Part shown: in pieces, positions 25,291-38,024 of the stretch
Numbering within the stretch: the stretch's first letter is position 1
Layout: the number at the start of each line of letters is the position of its first letter
Source: Stegostoma tigrinum
Lineage: Eukaryota
NCBI RefSeq assembly: GCF_030684315.1
Contig: NC_081369.1
Span: forward strand, 9,772,035-9,836,034
Direction of reading: 5' to 3'
DNA length: 64,000 bases
The notes under the pieces: generated by a model
Databases searched by the model: none
Told to the model about the DNA's origin: nothing
Seen by the model: the letters and a program-made list of their open reading frames with translations, nothing else
Translations under genes and position numbers: made by a program

Positions 25291-26709
25291 TACACACCCA
25301 CACACAACCTTGTGAGAAAAACATTTCTCATTTCAGTTCACGGCTGCCTGCCCCCTTCCCTGACTATGAGTTTAGAGGAGTAACAGGCAACATGATTGAA
25401 TCACACAAGATCCTGGCAGGTTTGATACGGTGTATGTGGAAAGGTTGTCATCTTTGTGGAACTTGGGGTCACTTTCAAAATAGGGGCTCATCCCCATTTA
25501 AAACAATGATAAGGAGAATATTTTCTCAGAGTCACGAATCTTCAAAATTCTTGTCCTCAAAAGGCAAGTGAAAGCAGAGTTGAGGGAAGTGAAGGTCAGT
25601 AAGAATTTAGAGCAATCAGATCAATCATGATTTTATTCAATGGCAGAGCAGGCTGGAGGGTCACGTGCCTTACCCCTACTCTTAATTTGTGTTGACATAA
25701 CCATGAATTTCATAAATTTCTATGAAAGCACTGCCACATTTTTTAAACTTGAGAATATAGGACAAATTTAAATGATCTTGGCTCTTGGAATTAACATTCA
25801 TCTCAGGATTCAATCCGGCGAGCCTTTGAGATGAGTATTTCCTTCATTGGGTAACCCAATACTTCACGTGTGATCAAACCAATGCCACATATGACTCCAA
25901 CAAATATCTACACGCTTGCAATAAATATTAATATTCCTCTTGAACTGCTTATTCCATCTGTTGTTACGTGGATGCTTCCATCTCTTAAGTAGTATAATTT
26001 TTGGCCAAAGTGATTTTTTTTAAAACTAAAGTTGACTGACACGGTGAAATCAGCGTTCTCTTTAATTGGTGGTTTTGTTACATTATTTTGAAGGATATTT
26101 ATATATTTACTATCACATCTCAAACCATTAGTAAATTTTGCATCATTATTGAATAAATCTTGTTTAATAAAGAACAAAAAGGCAAAAGAAAGCTAGGTCA
26201 TGGATCTGTATTCTGAAACAAATAGATTAATATCTACAACTGGCTTTAACAAAAATTGGGCAAAAAATTCTCACACATTTGTGGTCAATGGGACTAATGA
26301 GAAACAATGCGGTCCTCCCACCTCAGTTTGATCTCTGTCTAGTGTTCACGCTCATTCTATACAAACTTACTCAGAAAACTATTGGCTAAATCATATGCTA
26401 TGTATCAACCTGGTTTTCAGTGTGTATGGACAGCTAATCTGAGAATTCATCATTGCAACGGAGGACAAAAGCAAGAAAGGAGTAGAACCTTTACTATTTT
26501 GTGCATCATGCAGCAGCATCAAGAATCCTGGAATAGGCAATTATCTTTATTTCTTCAGCCTAGTTAGATGCAAAGAAAATATTTGAATTCCAGACCTCAG
26601 AATTGTCACTCATCTTTGTAAGATTTTTATTAGACAGGCCAATTGTCTTTCCTGTTCCCCACAATGAGACCAATTTAACTTTAATGAATAACTAATATTT
26701 GATGTGAAA

Positions 26710-26925
26710 AAGTAAAGCTGTCATAGTCCTAGAGTAACATAGAACCGCTCTCTCATTAGAGAGATGACGGATGATGGGTTTAACCTGAGGATCACCACAT
26801 CTCAAGTGAGGGAGAGGTTGAGAAGTCAAGACCTCATGATAAACTCAGCCAGTAAAAGAATTGAACCTGTAATGTTGCAGTCACTCATCATCACAAACCA
26901 GCCATTCAGCTAACTGTGTTAACCA
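26710..26925 (-). mobile_element. old tRNA-derived SINE
   Basis: B-box-like ggttcaattc and ggtgatcctcaggttaaac core; a related plus-strand copy lies at about 54950-55130. Confidence 0.5.
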
Positions 26926-27359
26926 ACTGGCACAATAGAATGCAGAATAAAGCAAAGAAGCAATCTTGTTTTGCTACTCACATACCTTTCAGCAATTTGT
27001 TTGCAAGCAAAATTGGCTCAGGATTAGTAATAAATCACTTCCCCTGTCTCACCCAAGGCGAATGGAAGAAATTCAGAGAAAATAATGTTAACTGAAGGAA
27101 ACACCAGAGGATGTAACAAAATAAATCGTGAGATTATTCCATAATTACACATGCAGCGCACACGCTAAAATCTACATGACAAACCAAGCAACTTACCCTA
27201 CTGCCACATTCAATCGACAAAGTGTTTGAAATTTAGAGAAATTTACCACCACAAGAAGCTTGCAGCTGGCAAACTGAAGATGGATGATCATGAAGACTAC
27301 CCATTAGCAGAGAGATAAGGGAAATTTAAGGTCTAAGTCATGATTTCTACAAAAATGTT

Positions 27360-27365
27360 TTTAAT
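27360..27365 (-). terminator. candidate poly(A) signal (ATTAAA) of the OGFOD1 copy
   Basis: About 300 nt past the natural stop; an alternative AATAAA lies at 26626-26631. Confidence 0.3.
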
Positions 27366-27664
27366 TTAGAAAATTACAACTTTTCTCAGAATATTTTAGT
27401 TACAAATATAACAGATTGATAAGGCAACTGAGACTCAAACAACTTCTGCAAAGCCAACTAAGTCTTTTAACAAATGAACAAAGCCCCCGCCAGCCCATGA
27501 GAACTGCAAAAGTGATCTAACTGCCACCATCACAGAACAGATATTAGAAGGTACTGGTGCACATACCACAAAAAACTCTAACAGTACGGGCACATCATTT
27601 ATCATTTTGATGCTTTTATCACATATTAGATTCAAAGGATTAGGTAGAAAATGCAGTTGTGTCA

Positions 27665-27826
27665 TCATTCATAATACACAAATGAAAAGTCCCAGAATCC
27701 CTTTGTCTCATGTGACATTTTACACTGACTGATGCTTCACTGGTTAATGTATTTCACAAACTTGAGTGTTTCTTTATCTCGGTAGATCAAGGCCAACGAG
27801 TTGTCTTCTTGGCAAAGGGTAAGTAA
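27665..27826 (-). pseudogene. OGFOD1: OGFOD1 pseudo-exon 13 (last coding exon)
   Basis: [52 protein letters not shown]; premature TGA at 27739-27737 at an Arg position (consistent with CGA>TGA); natural stop at 27667-27665. Confidence 0.93.
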
Positions 27827-28128
27827 CTGAAATGCAATAGAGACCGTTAATACGATTTTTATTGAGTTACCTCTCAATTTCTTCTTTTCCTTTTCTCTAC
27901 AACTCCCTTCTTATACTTTATCTCTGGTCAACATGCAAGGCATGTGACAACTTCCAGCATTTTACATTTTGCCCAGAGTTAGTACCTTGCTGGTATGGGC
28001 GCTGAGACTGTCCTGGGCATTTCACATTTTGCAGCTTCACCTGACTGGAGTATTAATCCTTCACTTTCTATCTCCATCGGTGGCATGGGTCTATTCTCAG
28101 CCATTTAACTAAAACCAGCAATCCAATG

Positions 28129-28350
28129 AAAACTGAAAGAACTGCCAATGCCGTAAATCAGGAACAAAAACAAAATTTGCTGGAAAAGCTCATCAGGTCT
28201 GGCAGCATCTGTGAAGAAAAAAAAATCAGAGTTAACATTTCGGGTCCAGCGACCCTTCATCAGTCACCACACCCGAAACGTTAACTCTGACTTTTTCTTC
28301 ATAGATGCTGCCAGACCTGCTGAGCTCTTCCAGCAATTTCTATTTTTGTT
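28129..28350. mobile_element. palindromic mini-PLE (family B)
   Basis: Inverted arms; flanked by AATCCAATG on both sides. Confidence 0.8.
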
Positions 28351-28399
28351 ATAGAAATCCAATGTACTGATGATGACATTTAGACCCTTGCAACTTACA

Positions 28400-28730
28400 G
28401 GGGTGGCATACTGGCTCAGTGGTTAGCACTGCAGCCTCACAGCACCAGGGACCCAGGTTCAATTCCAGCCTCGGGTAACTGTCTCTGTGGAGTTTGCACA
28501 TTCTCTCCACGTCTGTGTGAGTTTCCTCCGGGTGCTCCGGTTTCCTCCCAAAGTCCAAAGATGTGCAGGCTAGATGGATCGGCCATGCTAAATTGCCCGT
28601 AGTGTTCAGGGGTGTGTGGGTTATAGGTGTTTGAGCCTGGGTGGAATGCTCCAAGGGGCTGTGTGGGCGTGTTCGGCCGAAGGGCCTGTCCCCACACTGT
28701 AGGGAATCTAAACTAATCTAATCTAATCTA
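28400..28730 (+). mobile_element. HE1-type tRNA-derived V-SINE, full length
   Basis: A box TGGCTCAGTGG, B box GGTTCAATTCC, V-domain ggtttcctccgggtgctccggtttcctccc-like core, (AATCT)n tail. Confidence 0.88.
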
Positions 28731-29049
28731 CTTTGGGGACCAGTTTGGTGTATCTAAGGGCAACCACTCTTCCAACCCAAATGGTTATTCTACCACTGAT
28801 GTTGTAAGGCCCTAAATGTAAGCCCACATCCTCCACTTGAGAGCACAGATACAACACACCACTGGTTCGTGTTATGTATTCATTAGCTGAGTTGCAGTTC
28901 CCAAATCAAATGGAAAAACTGACAGTTTTAATCTCCATAAGTGTAGAATGACTTGGCTGCACAGAGGTCTGCTTTTTGCTATTCCTGGCTGTTGTTACCT
29001 GGGCAACCACTCTATCTAAACTTATTAGCTTTGTATCAATTACAGTCTA

Positions 29050-31455
29050 ATATTAGTGATAGGCAGCATGGTATCGTGGAGGGGATGTCATGCCTCAATA
29101 ACACGATCGAATTTTTTAAGGAGGTGATGAAGATGCTTGATGAGGGAAAAGTGTTTTAAGTTGTCAACAGGGACATAAGTAAAGCCTATGACAAGGCCCC
29201 ATGGCAGACTGGTACAAAAGGCGAAGTCACGTAGTATTGGGGTGAACTGGCAAGCTATATACAGAATTGGCTTAGTCAGAGGAAACAGAGGGCAGTCATG
29301 GAAGGGTGTTTTTCATGATGGAGGGTTGTGATGAGTGGTGTTACACAGGGATCAGTTCATGGTCTACATAAACGATTTGGAAGAAAATGTGGTTGGTCCA
29401 ATTGGTAAGTTTGCAGACAATACAAAGATTGGTGGAGTTGCAGCTGGTTAGGAGAATTGTCAGAGGAGACAGCAGGATACAGATCAGTTGGAGGCATGGG
29501 CAGAAATATGGCATACGGAGTTTACTCCAGACAAATGTGAGGTGGTGCATTTTGGAAGGTCAAGTACAGGTGGAAATTATACAATCAATGGTAAAACTCT
29601 TAGGCGTATTGGTATGCAGAGGGATCTAGGTGTGCGGGTTCACAGATTACTGAAAGTAGCAGCACAGGTAGATAAATGCAGGAAAAAAATGCCTCTGACA
29701 TGCCTTCATTAGGATGGAGCATTGAGTATAAGGATAGACAAATCGTGTCTGAGCTTTACAGAACATTGGTTAGGCCACACTTGAAATATTGCCAACAGTT
29801 CTGTTTACTGCACTACCAGGAGGATGTGGATGCTTTGCAGAGGGTACAGAAAAGGTTTACCAGAATGTTGCCTGGTATGGGAGGTTTTAGCAATGGAGAT
29901 AGGTTGGCTAGACTAGGTTTGTTTTCACGGGAACGCAGAACATTGAGGAGTGACCTGATAGAAGTTAATAATATTATGAATGGCATGGATAGTGTGCAAA
30001 GATTGGGGCTTTTTTCCCCACCCAAGGTTCAGGGGGCAATTACTGGGGGACACAGATTTAGGGTATGGGATGGGGGTGAATTTAAAAGAGATGTGGGAGG
30101 CAAGTTTTTCCATGCAAAGGATGCTGAATGTCTGGAACATGCTGCCAGAGGTGGTGGTGGAAGCAGATATCATAGCAGAGGAGCATTCAAGAAGCTTTTG
30201 GTCAAATACATGAATAGAAAAGGAATACAAATCCTGTAACTGAGGACAGTTTTAGTATGATAACAAGGTGTGGAGCTGGATGAACACAGCAGGCCAAGCA
30301 GCATCTCAGGAGCACAAAAGCTGACATTTTGGGCCCAGACCCTTCATCAGAGAGGGGGATTGGGAGAGGGTTCTGAAATAAATAGGGAGAGCGGGGGAGG
30401 CAGACCAAAGATGGATAGAGAGGAGAAGATAGGTGGAGAGGAGAGTATAGGCGGGGAGGTGGGGAAGGGATAGGTCAGTCCGGGGGGGGGGGGGGGGGGG
30501 GGGGAGAGAAAGACTGACAGGTCAAGGAGGCGGGATGAGGTTGGTAGGTGGGAAAGGAGGTGTGGCTTGAGGTGGGAGTAGGGGATAGGTGAGGGGAAGA
30601 ACAGGTTAGGGAGGCGGGGACGACCTCGGCTGGTTTTGGGATGCAGAGGGGGAGGAGGAGATTTTGAAGCATGTGAAGTCCACATTGATACCATTGGGCT
30701 GCAGGGTTCCCAAGTTGAGTTGCTGTTCCTGCAACCTGCGGGTGGCATCATCGTGGCACTGCAGGAGGCCCATGATGGACATGTTGTCTAAGGAATGGGA
30801 GGGGGAGTTAAAATGGTTCGCGACTGGGAGGTGCAGTTGTTTATTGCGAACTGAGCAGAGGTGTTCTGTAAAGCAGTCCCCAGGCCTCTGCTTGGTTTCC
30901 CCAATGTAGAGGAGGCCACACCTGGTACAGTGGATACAGTATACTACATTGGCAGATGTGCAGGTGAACATCTGCTTAATATGGAAAGTCATCTTGGGGC
31001 CTGGGATGGGGGTGAGAGAGGAGGTGTGGGGGCAAGTGTAGCACTTCCTGCGGTTGCAGGGGAAGGTGCCGGGTGTCATGGGGTTGGAGGGGAGTGTGGA
31101 GCAGACAAGGGAGTCATGGAGAGAGTGGTCTCTCCGGAAGGCAAACAAGGGTGGGGATGGAAAAATGTCTTGGGTGGTGGGGTTGGATTGTAGATGGCGG
31201 AAGTGTCGGAGGATGATGTGTTGTATCCGGAGGCTGGTGGGGTGGTATGTGAGGGCAAGGGGGATTCTTTTGGGGCGGTTATTGCAGGGGCGGGGTGTGA
31301 GGGATGTGTTGCGGGAAACACGGTCAAGGGTGTTCTCGACCTCAGCGGGAGGGGGCAGTTGCGGTCCTTGAAGAACGCAGTGTGGAAGGGCAAAATGTGT
31401 CAGCACAGGCTTGGATGGCCAATGGGCCTGTTCCTGTGCTGTATTATTCTTTGTT
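29050..31455 (+). mobile_element. CR1-type LINE 3' part (RT), split by a PLE
   Basis: DKCEVVHFGRS, LYRTLVRPHLKYC..LQRVQKRFTRMLPG. Confidence 0.85.
30260..31378 (-). mobile_element. Penelope-like element (family A), 5'-truncated, inserted in a CR1 3' tail
   Basis: VVYCIHCTRCGLLYIGETKQR; closely similar to the 61.1-62.6 kb copy; CR1 tail sequence resumes at about 31380. Confidence 0.9.
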
Positions 31456-31614
31456 TTAACACAAGTACAGAGAAAGATAACAAAATAATCCGTTCTAGGC
31501 ATTCAGTCACACAGGCTAGTATTTGCCTTGTATTAGGGTATCTTATAACTTCTTCAATCTCACCACTTCACCATCATCTCCCACGTGAGATGTAGAGGTA
31601 CTGCAGGCAAATAT

Positions 31615-31905
31615 TGGTGCAATACTGAAGGACTACTGCAAATTAGAGGAGCTGTTTTGAGATTACCTTCTCAGGGACATATAAAAGACTTCATTGCAAT
31701 ATTTGAAAAACAGAGTTCTCCATGGAGTTCTGGCAAAAATTTATCCCTCAATCAAAATTGCTAAATCTGGCTGTAGTCACTGCCATTTTTGCACACTGCT
31801 GTACACAAAATAGTTTGCCTAGTTTTCCTGTATCATAATACTTAATTCCATTAAAAATCACTTCATTGATTGCCAAGGGCTACAGGGTATCCGGAGGTCA
31901 TTTAC
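31615..31905 (+). mobile_element. old Deu-domain-type SINE remnant
   Basis: atttatccctcaatcaa...tgctgtacacaaaat...cttcattgattg matches the recalled Deu-domain consensus; another remnant at about 60170-60300 (-). Confidence 0.5.
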
Positions 31906-31956
31906 AAACTGTCACTTTTCTTCACTGATTTGAAATTCAATCGACATACAGCATAC

Positions 31957-32015
31957 CTCCACATCTTCTCCCTTAGTGATAAATGAAGTAACAGCAACAA
32001 CTTCTTCATTCTTGC
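31957..32015 (-). pseudogene. OGFOD1: OGFOD1 pseudo-exon 12
   Basis: 59 nt, AG/GT intact: GKNEEVVAVTSFITKGEDVE (cf. [20 protein letters not shown]). Confidence 0.82.
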
Positions 32016-34792
32016 CTGAAACAAAGAAAAAGATGCATGGATATCTTCTGAATTAGCTCCCTTTTTCATGCCTTCTGCTTTCCTCTGAGGAACATAGGAA
32101 GAGGCGTAGAACACATGCAGACTGTACACCATTCAATACAATCATGGGTAATCAAATACTTCAGTACCTTTTACCATTCCATACCTATGGGTAAATCAGA
32201 AATCGAAGGAACTCTACATTAAACATACTGAAAGGCAGCTTCCACAGCCATCTGTGGTAAAGAATTCCAAAGATTCACAACACTCTGGGTCCACATCTTG
32301 GACCAAAGAAGCATTCTTCTAAAATTTTGATCATTGGTTCTAAACTCCTCAAAGAAGCTGTATTACTTGCATCTACCTTGTCCATTCATTTAACTGTTTG
32401 GTAGGCTTCAATGAGATCACCTCTTGTTCTGTAAAACACTGCAGAATACAGGCCCATTTTGCCCAATCTTTCTTCTTAAAGCAGTCCTTTCCTGTGAACA
32501 AATCTATTGACCTTCAATTACACTCCCTCTGTGGCAATAATATGCCTTCTCGCATATGAAAACCAAAACAGCAAACAATACTCCAAGTTCGTACAGAATT
32601 GAAGCAAGATTGCATTGCTCCCGTACACAAACTGTCTTTGCAAGCTTCGATAACATTCCGTTAGCCGTCCTAATAGTTTGCTGCAGCTCCAAGTTAACCT
32701 TCAGTGACTTATGGACAGGATATCTCGATTCCATTGTACGTCTACCTTCCAAATGTTTTATCGCTTAATTGACACTCTGTAACTCTGTCTCTCCAACCAA
32801 AGTGGATAACCTCACATCTTTGCACATTATGTTCACCTCCCATGATCTTGCCCATTCATTAAACCTAACCAAGTCCTCCTCAAGCTGTTTTACATCTTCA
32901 CAACACACATTCCCACTCGGTTTATTATCCTCCCCAAATGAGGAAATAGTACATTTGGTCCTAATCTCCAAATCAATAATACATGTTGAGAAGAGCTGAT
33001 TTAAGTACCGATCCTTGCTGTATCTACTCGTCACAGCATGCCATTGCAAGAATGATTTAATTCTGGTTCTGTTTTCTGTCTGTTGGTCAGTCTTTAATCC
33101 AGGTGAGTGTATTACCTCCCTAGCCACTCTGAAAATCTCCGTATATCATGCCCACCAAGTTTCTTTTATCCATTTTGTTGGAAACATCTTAAATAAAAAC
33201 TGCAACACGATATCTGGTTGGCCACTGGGTTTTCAAACAAAGGCATCTTATGGTTATTAAAGGATGATGGTTTCAAGAAACCACACCAGGCTCTGAGAAC
33301 TTTTCACCCATTCTTTCAATTGGCTATTCTTCACCACCAACTGCAGCACAACTAAGCCAGACAACCATCCACCGAAGACAATGCAAATCAATTTAAACCT
33401 CATATTATATAGTTTCCTGGAACGATACAGTGTGGAAATAACTAGAAATAAAGTTATATAAGAAAAAATGTTGTACAATCAGACAGTTTAATTTTTAATC
33501 TCATGTGAAGTTTGAGAGTGACATTCTCCAGTCCCATACAAAAATCTTAAAATTTAAACAAAGTCAGTTTTGTAAAAAGGAGAGCGAGAAGTTGGCTGAG
33601 TAAATAGATGAAAAGATATGACAGTAAATGACTAGTTTCAAAGAAACAATTCAGAGTCTTCAATAAACATATATTCCACTTAAGAACAAAAACATACCAA
33701 GTCATAATCATTGGCAACTCACTAGGGAGGTTAAGGTCAGTATCAGACTAAAAGATGAATATGATACTGCAAGGCTGAGGATTGGCAATGTTTTAGAAAG
33801 CAGTAAAGAATGAGCAAACTGTTGATAAAACAATGCAAAACAGATTGACAGTGAACTAGCCAGGAACATTATCGTAGAAAGCAAGAACTTTTGCAAATAA
33901 TCAAAAAGGCCAGTAAAAGCAAATGTTGGTCCTTTGGATGCTGGGTTAGGAGACGTTATCATAGGAAATGAGAAAATGGCCGAAATTTTCAACAAGTATG
34001 CACACTGCAAGAATTTTTATTTGGAATTGGGATGTTGACATTATAACTATATCTGGGTCCATACTGCATCAGTCTCAAATTCCCTGAACTTGGTCCAAAT
34101 TGAATGGAGTGGTTTAGTGGACAGCAATCGGCACTGAGCGGAAGATAACAGAGTATAAAAAGCACTGTCAATTTAAAGGCATGACAGCAGACATTACTGT
34201 GACAACTTAATATAAAACAACAGCAAATGGGAGGATCAGCAGAGGCCAGGCACCTGCACCAGGATTACATAAGAGTTTATCATTGCTGCCCTGTGAATGG
34301 TCAGCAAAAGTCAGCAGGAAGCCCCAAATGCTGTGTCACAAGAGGATTAAAAAGCTTCCTTGCTTGGCCAGGTCAGTTCAGCACGACACCCAGATGACAG
34401 GCCTTGTGGTCTGCAGCTGACAACACACACAGCTGCAAAGCAGCCCGGAAGCATGCTGCTCCTAAAAATGGGAGAAACATAGGTTGAAAGATAATCTCTA
34501 CCAATTACACTCCCATTTTGTTTTATTTTATTTGGCATGTTTTTGTTTTACTCACACCCTTGTCATTTTGTAAAATAAAGGTTCATCAGTTGACAATTAA
34601 TGCTCTGCTACAAATTTTTTTTGTATTTATCCTATTTTTACTCTATTCTACTCAGGTCTCCCTGATGAGGCTACAGTTGCTCACACGTTCCTGCACTTCT
34701 CACCATACTAGTTAAATTTAGCTGAATGGTCTTGCACCATCAACTCTATCATTTTATCTCTCCCGTCTTTCACATTAACACAGATCTACCCT

Positions 34793-34883
34793 CTGATAAA
34801 GGGTCTAGGTCCGAAACGTCAGCTTTTGTGCTCCTGAGACGCTGCTTGGCCTGCTGTGTTCATCCAGCTACACACTTAGTTAT
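34793..34883 (+). mobile_element. 91 bp PLE family A terminal fragment
   Basis: Begins at a mutated hammerhead core (CTGATAA); 14 bp TSD CACAGATCTACCCT (34779-34792, 34884-34897). Confidence 0.85.
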
Positions 34884-34981
34884 CACAGATCTACCCTTTT
34901 GGCTTTTTCTTTAATCTTTCCACTTTTATTGTTTAAAGTCTATTACATTTCGAAGTTTTCCCTTAACAGATGAAAGGTCAT

Positions 34982-35895
34982 TGTGATAATGTAAACTTTA
35001 GAACTTTAATAATTGTTCATGGATTATAACCTGATCAGCAACAAGGACAAATGGATTTGAAAGCAATTCGCCATGCCTGGGGAAAGGAGCAGTCAATTAC
35101 ACAAACAAAACCATTTTAACAACTGCTTGATAATGTTGGCCAGGAGCTGCTCACACAGAACAAAAACAGCAACTTGTGAACTCAAGTCACCCGGGCCCCA
35201 CCCTGTGCTGACCGGAAAAGTTCGAACCACGTTAGCTTAGAGGAATAACTTAAGATGTAAACCTTTAGTGGAAGAGAAACAAAGTAATCCGCATGGTGGC
35301 CTTGACGAGCCTATCATGAAAAGACCCAGACTTGGCAGATGAGCCAGAACGAATGGAGAATAAGATACCACAGTTCAGGAAGATATGAAAAAAAGAATAA
35401 AAAAAGGATATCTGGCATCCCAACAGCAAAACCTCAGGAGAACAACTTTCGCAAAGTTGACAACTCCGCACTTGAAAGCCTGGAGATAATATGGAGGATT
35501 TGTGGAATTGCCTGGCCAGCGTGAATATAGAACATCGAACATAGACCATTACAGCACAGTACAGGCCCTTTGGGTTTCGATGTTGTGCTGACCTGTCATA
35601 CCAATCTGAAGCCCATCTAACCTACACTTGCTCACACGTTCATGAGCTCCAATTCTTGGGTATTAGCCTTTATTTTCTGTGGCTGTACAGGGAACATCAG
35701 AGAAGCCTAGCGGGTGTAGGCAGGGATTTTAGTCTTGTAAGAATTGTCTGCCTGTTGTTAACCTTTTCTGAACCAAACGGTGTGAATTATACGTCTGTTT
35801 TTACGAGACTAATAAAGTTCTTGGTTAGTTAATACAGATTTGACTCTTTTTGTGCTGAGCCACTAGCTATCATATAGGGAGGTAACCAGATGACA
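34982..35895 (+). mobile_element. possible solo LTR (with small CR1 insert at about 35525-35630)
   Basis: TGTGAT...ATGACA inverted ends, AATAAA at 35811 near the 3' end; no clear TSD. Confidence 0.4.
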
Positions 35896-36245
35896 ATAAT
35901 CGGCAGCCTTGAAGAATAGAATAGCCATCGTTGGCAGCTGCGTTCGAATGAGTGCAGCAAAAAGTTTGCAATGTTGCCTCTCGGCACATTAGGTACAGAG
36001 TACCCAGGTACAGATATTTAAAGTGTTGTTACAGCATTGAAATGGTAAAAAAAAGTCTGTATTCCCACGCTAGAGTTTAAAAAGTCCAAAACGAAAATAA
36101 AAAATATTTTTAAAGTTATGGCGCTTTCTCACTGAATCCATGCCCGCCGGGCTTCAGAACACAAGGCCACACTGCATTCGCTCATTAGCCTGTTGTGCAT
36201 GAATCATTTCCCACGCTGGTCTGGGCCAGCTCTGCTCCAGCTCTG

Positions 36246-36525
36246 GCTGCGACTCAGCTCCCAGCTCAGCTTGCACTCATTCTGCTGCCATTCCAGCTGC
36301 GACTCACTTCTGGGGCTCAGCTCCTACTCGGTCTGCTCCCACTCCGGCTGCAACCTGCTTCCCGGGCTCGGCCCACGCTCACTCTGCTAATGCTCCGGGC
36401 TCCGACCACGATTCACTTCCAGGACTTGGCCCACGCTCACTCTGCTGTTCTAAGTGCGACTCACTACAGTGACTCGACTAGTGATCACTCTGCTGCTGCT
36501 CGGGCCGGCACTCGGCCCACGCACG
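36246..36525 (+). repeat. degenerate GC-rich minisatellite, ~50 bp unit, 5-6 copies
   Basis: Recurrent GCGACTCAC...GGCCCACGCTCACTCTGCT. Confidence 0.7.
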
Positions 36526-38024
36526 TTTTGCTCCGATGTGGGCCCCGAGATGTTTCCTGTGCCTGGCTGGTCTTGGACTCCATTTTCCATCGCCTCCAGG
36601 TAGAGTAATTTAAGAAATTTGAAGTTGGGAGGGAGTGTAGAAGAAAAACTTCAGCGAGAGGGGAATAAAAGAAAGAAAAAGTAGCTGGCGAGCAGGGGAC
36701 CTTTGGCTGGTGCATCTTACTCTATCACCACTTTAACTGGGAGACTGCCATGTACAAAAATTCAAGGAATTAATTGCAATAAAGTTGTGGTTTCAAACAG
36801 TCAATGCCAAATGTGACAAAGAACAGGGAAGTTCCTTCTGATAAGGAGGCAAGCTCCAGACTTGTTAGCTCCAGAGGTGTCATGAATATTGTGGGTGAAA
36901 GAATTTGAAAGACAATCAATGATGTCACACCATAAACTTGAAGAACAGAAAATGCTACCAGAATTCAACAGTCACTAAACTCCAGAGAACACTACATTAG
37001 GATTGAATGCTGGAGACAGAAGCTGGTGGTTGAAATTTTAGCTAAATTCCACCATTAACTGGGTGATAGCCAAGATTGGGTTGTGAAGCTTCATCTGGTT
37101 ATTTCAGGGGTCTGACTTTGGTCACTACATGAAATAAAGTAAGTGTTTCAGTATAAGATTGTGAAATTTCTTATTACTAGCCAAACTTGTGGCAACTTAT
37201 CCACCACATCATCAACCTGTTAGAAGTCTTTCACTCCACAGACCAATCAATTTGGGATGAGTTACTTCTTTTTTCATTTCAGATTTTCAGCATGTTTCTA
37301 TGAAATCTTAGAATCTGTTGTTTTTCTACCAATTCTTAAGTAATGAAGGCCACTTCACCCATTTTCATTCATCTTTCCAGTGATACTAAATTACTCATGA
37401 TTCAACATTCATGTCTTTTATAAACAGCTCTAGGGCTTTGTTACAAAGTGGGGCAAGAGGTTGAATCCCTCTATAAATTAACCTGAAACACCATCTCCAA
37501 TCTGTTACAGCAGGAGTTGAGGTTCCTTTCTAATAATTAAACCAGAAACACCTAGAGAAGCTGGTCTTGCCCCCTGTAATGTATTAAAAGAATAGTTAAA
37601 TGAAAGGAATCTCTGATACTCACTTTATAAACAAGTAACAAATTATTTATTTAACCATAACAGTGAACAACAGAACTACTAACAAACCAAACAATTTCTC
37701 CCTAATTCCTAACTATTCCCTCACTGAAGTAAATTCTACAGGTATGCTGTTCCTTTAAGCACAAGGCCAATTATATAATCCAAGTAATAATAAAAAAAAT
37801 AAAACTTAGTCTCTGGAAGATCACACAATGTGCCTTCTGGAATACTTGGCCTTCTCCACTGTCTTTCCACTATTTCTTCTGCTGATCCTGCTGTCAGGGA
37901 TGTTTTCTCTGCGATTTCTTCTGTAAGGACTCTTAGCTAGAAGTGCCATGGTGTCTTTGATCGTGCTTTTTAAAGGAAGCTTAATGATTTTGTGTGACAT
38001 CTAGGTTTATTTCTCTGATCTTTT

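Noticed and set aside
27737-27739. In-frame TGA as selenocysteine or programmed read-through in OGFOD1
   Set aside because: It falls at an Arg position (simple CGA>TGA), and the gene has many other disabling lesions.
28400-28475. tRNA genes at SINE heads (also 51300, 63512, 45850)
   Set aside because: A/B boxes run directly into the V-SINE body and tail; they are SINE promoters.
30482-30504. 23-G run as a functional G-quadruplex or poly-Pro coding tract
   Set aside because: Lies in a PLE 3' region where the sister copy has no run; slippage or sequencing artefact.
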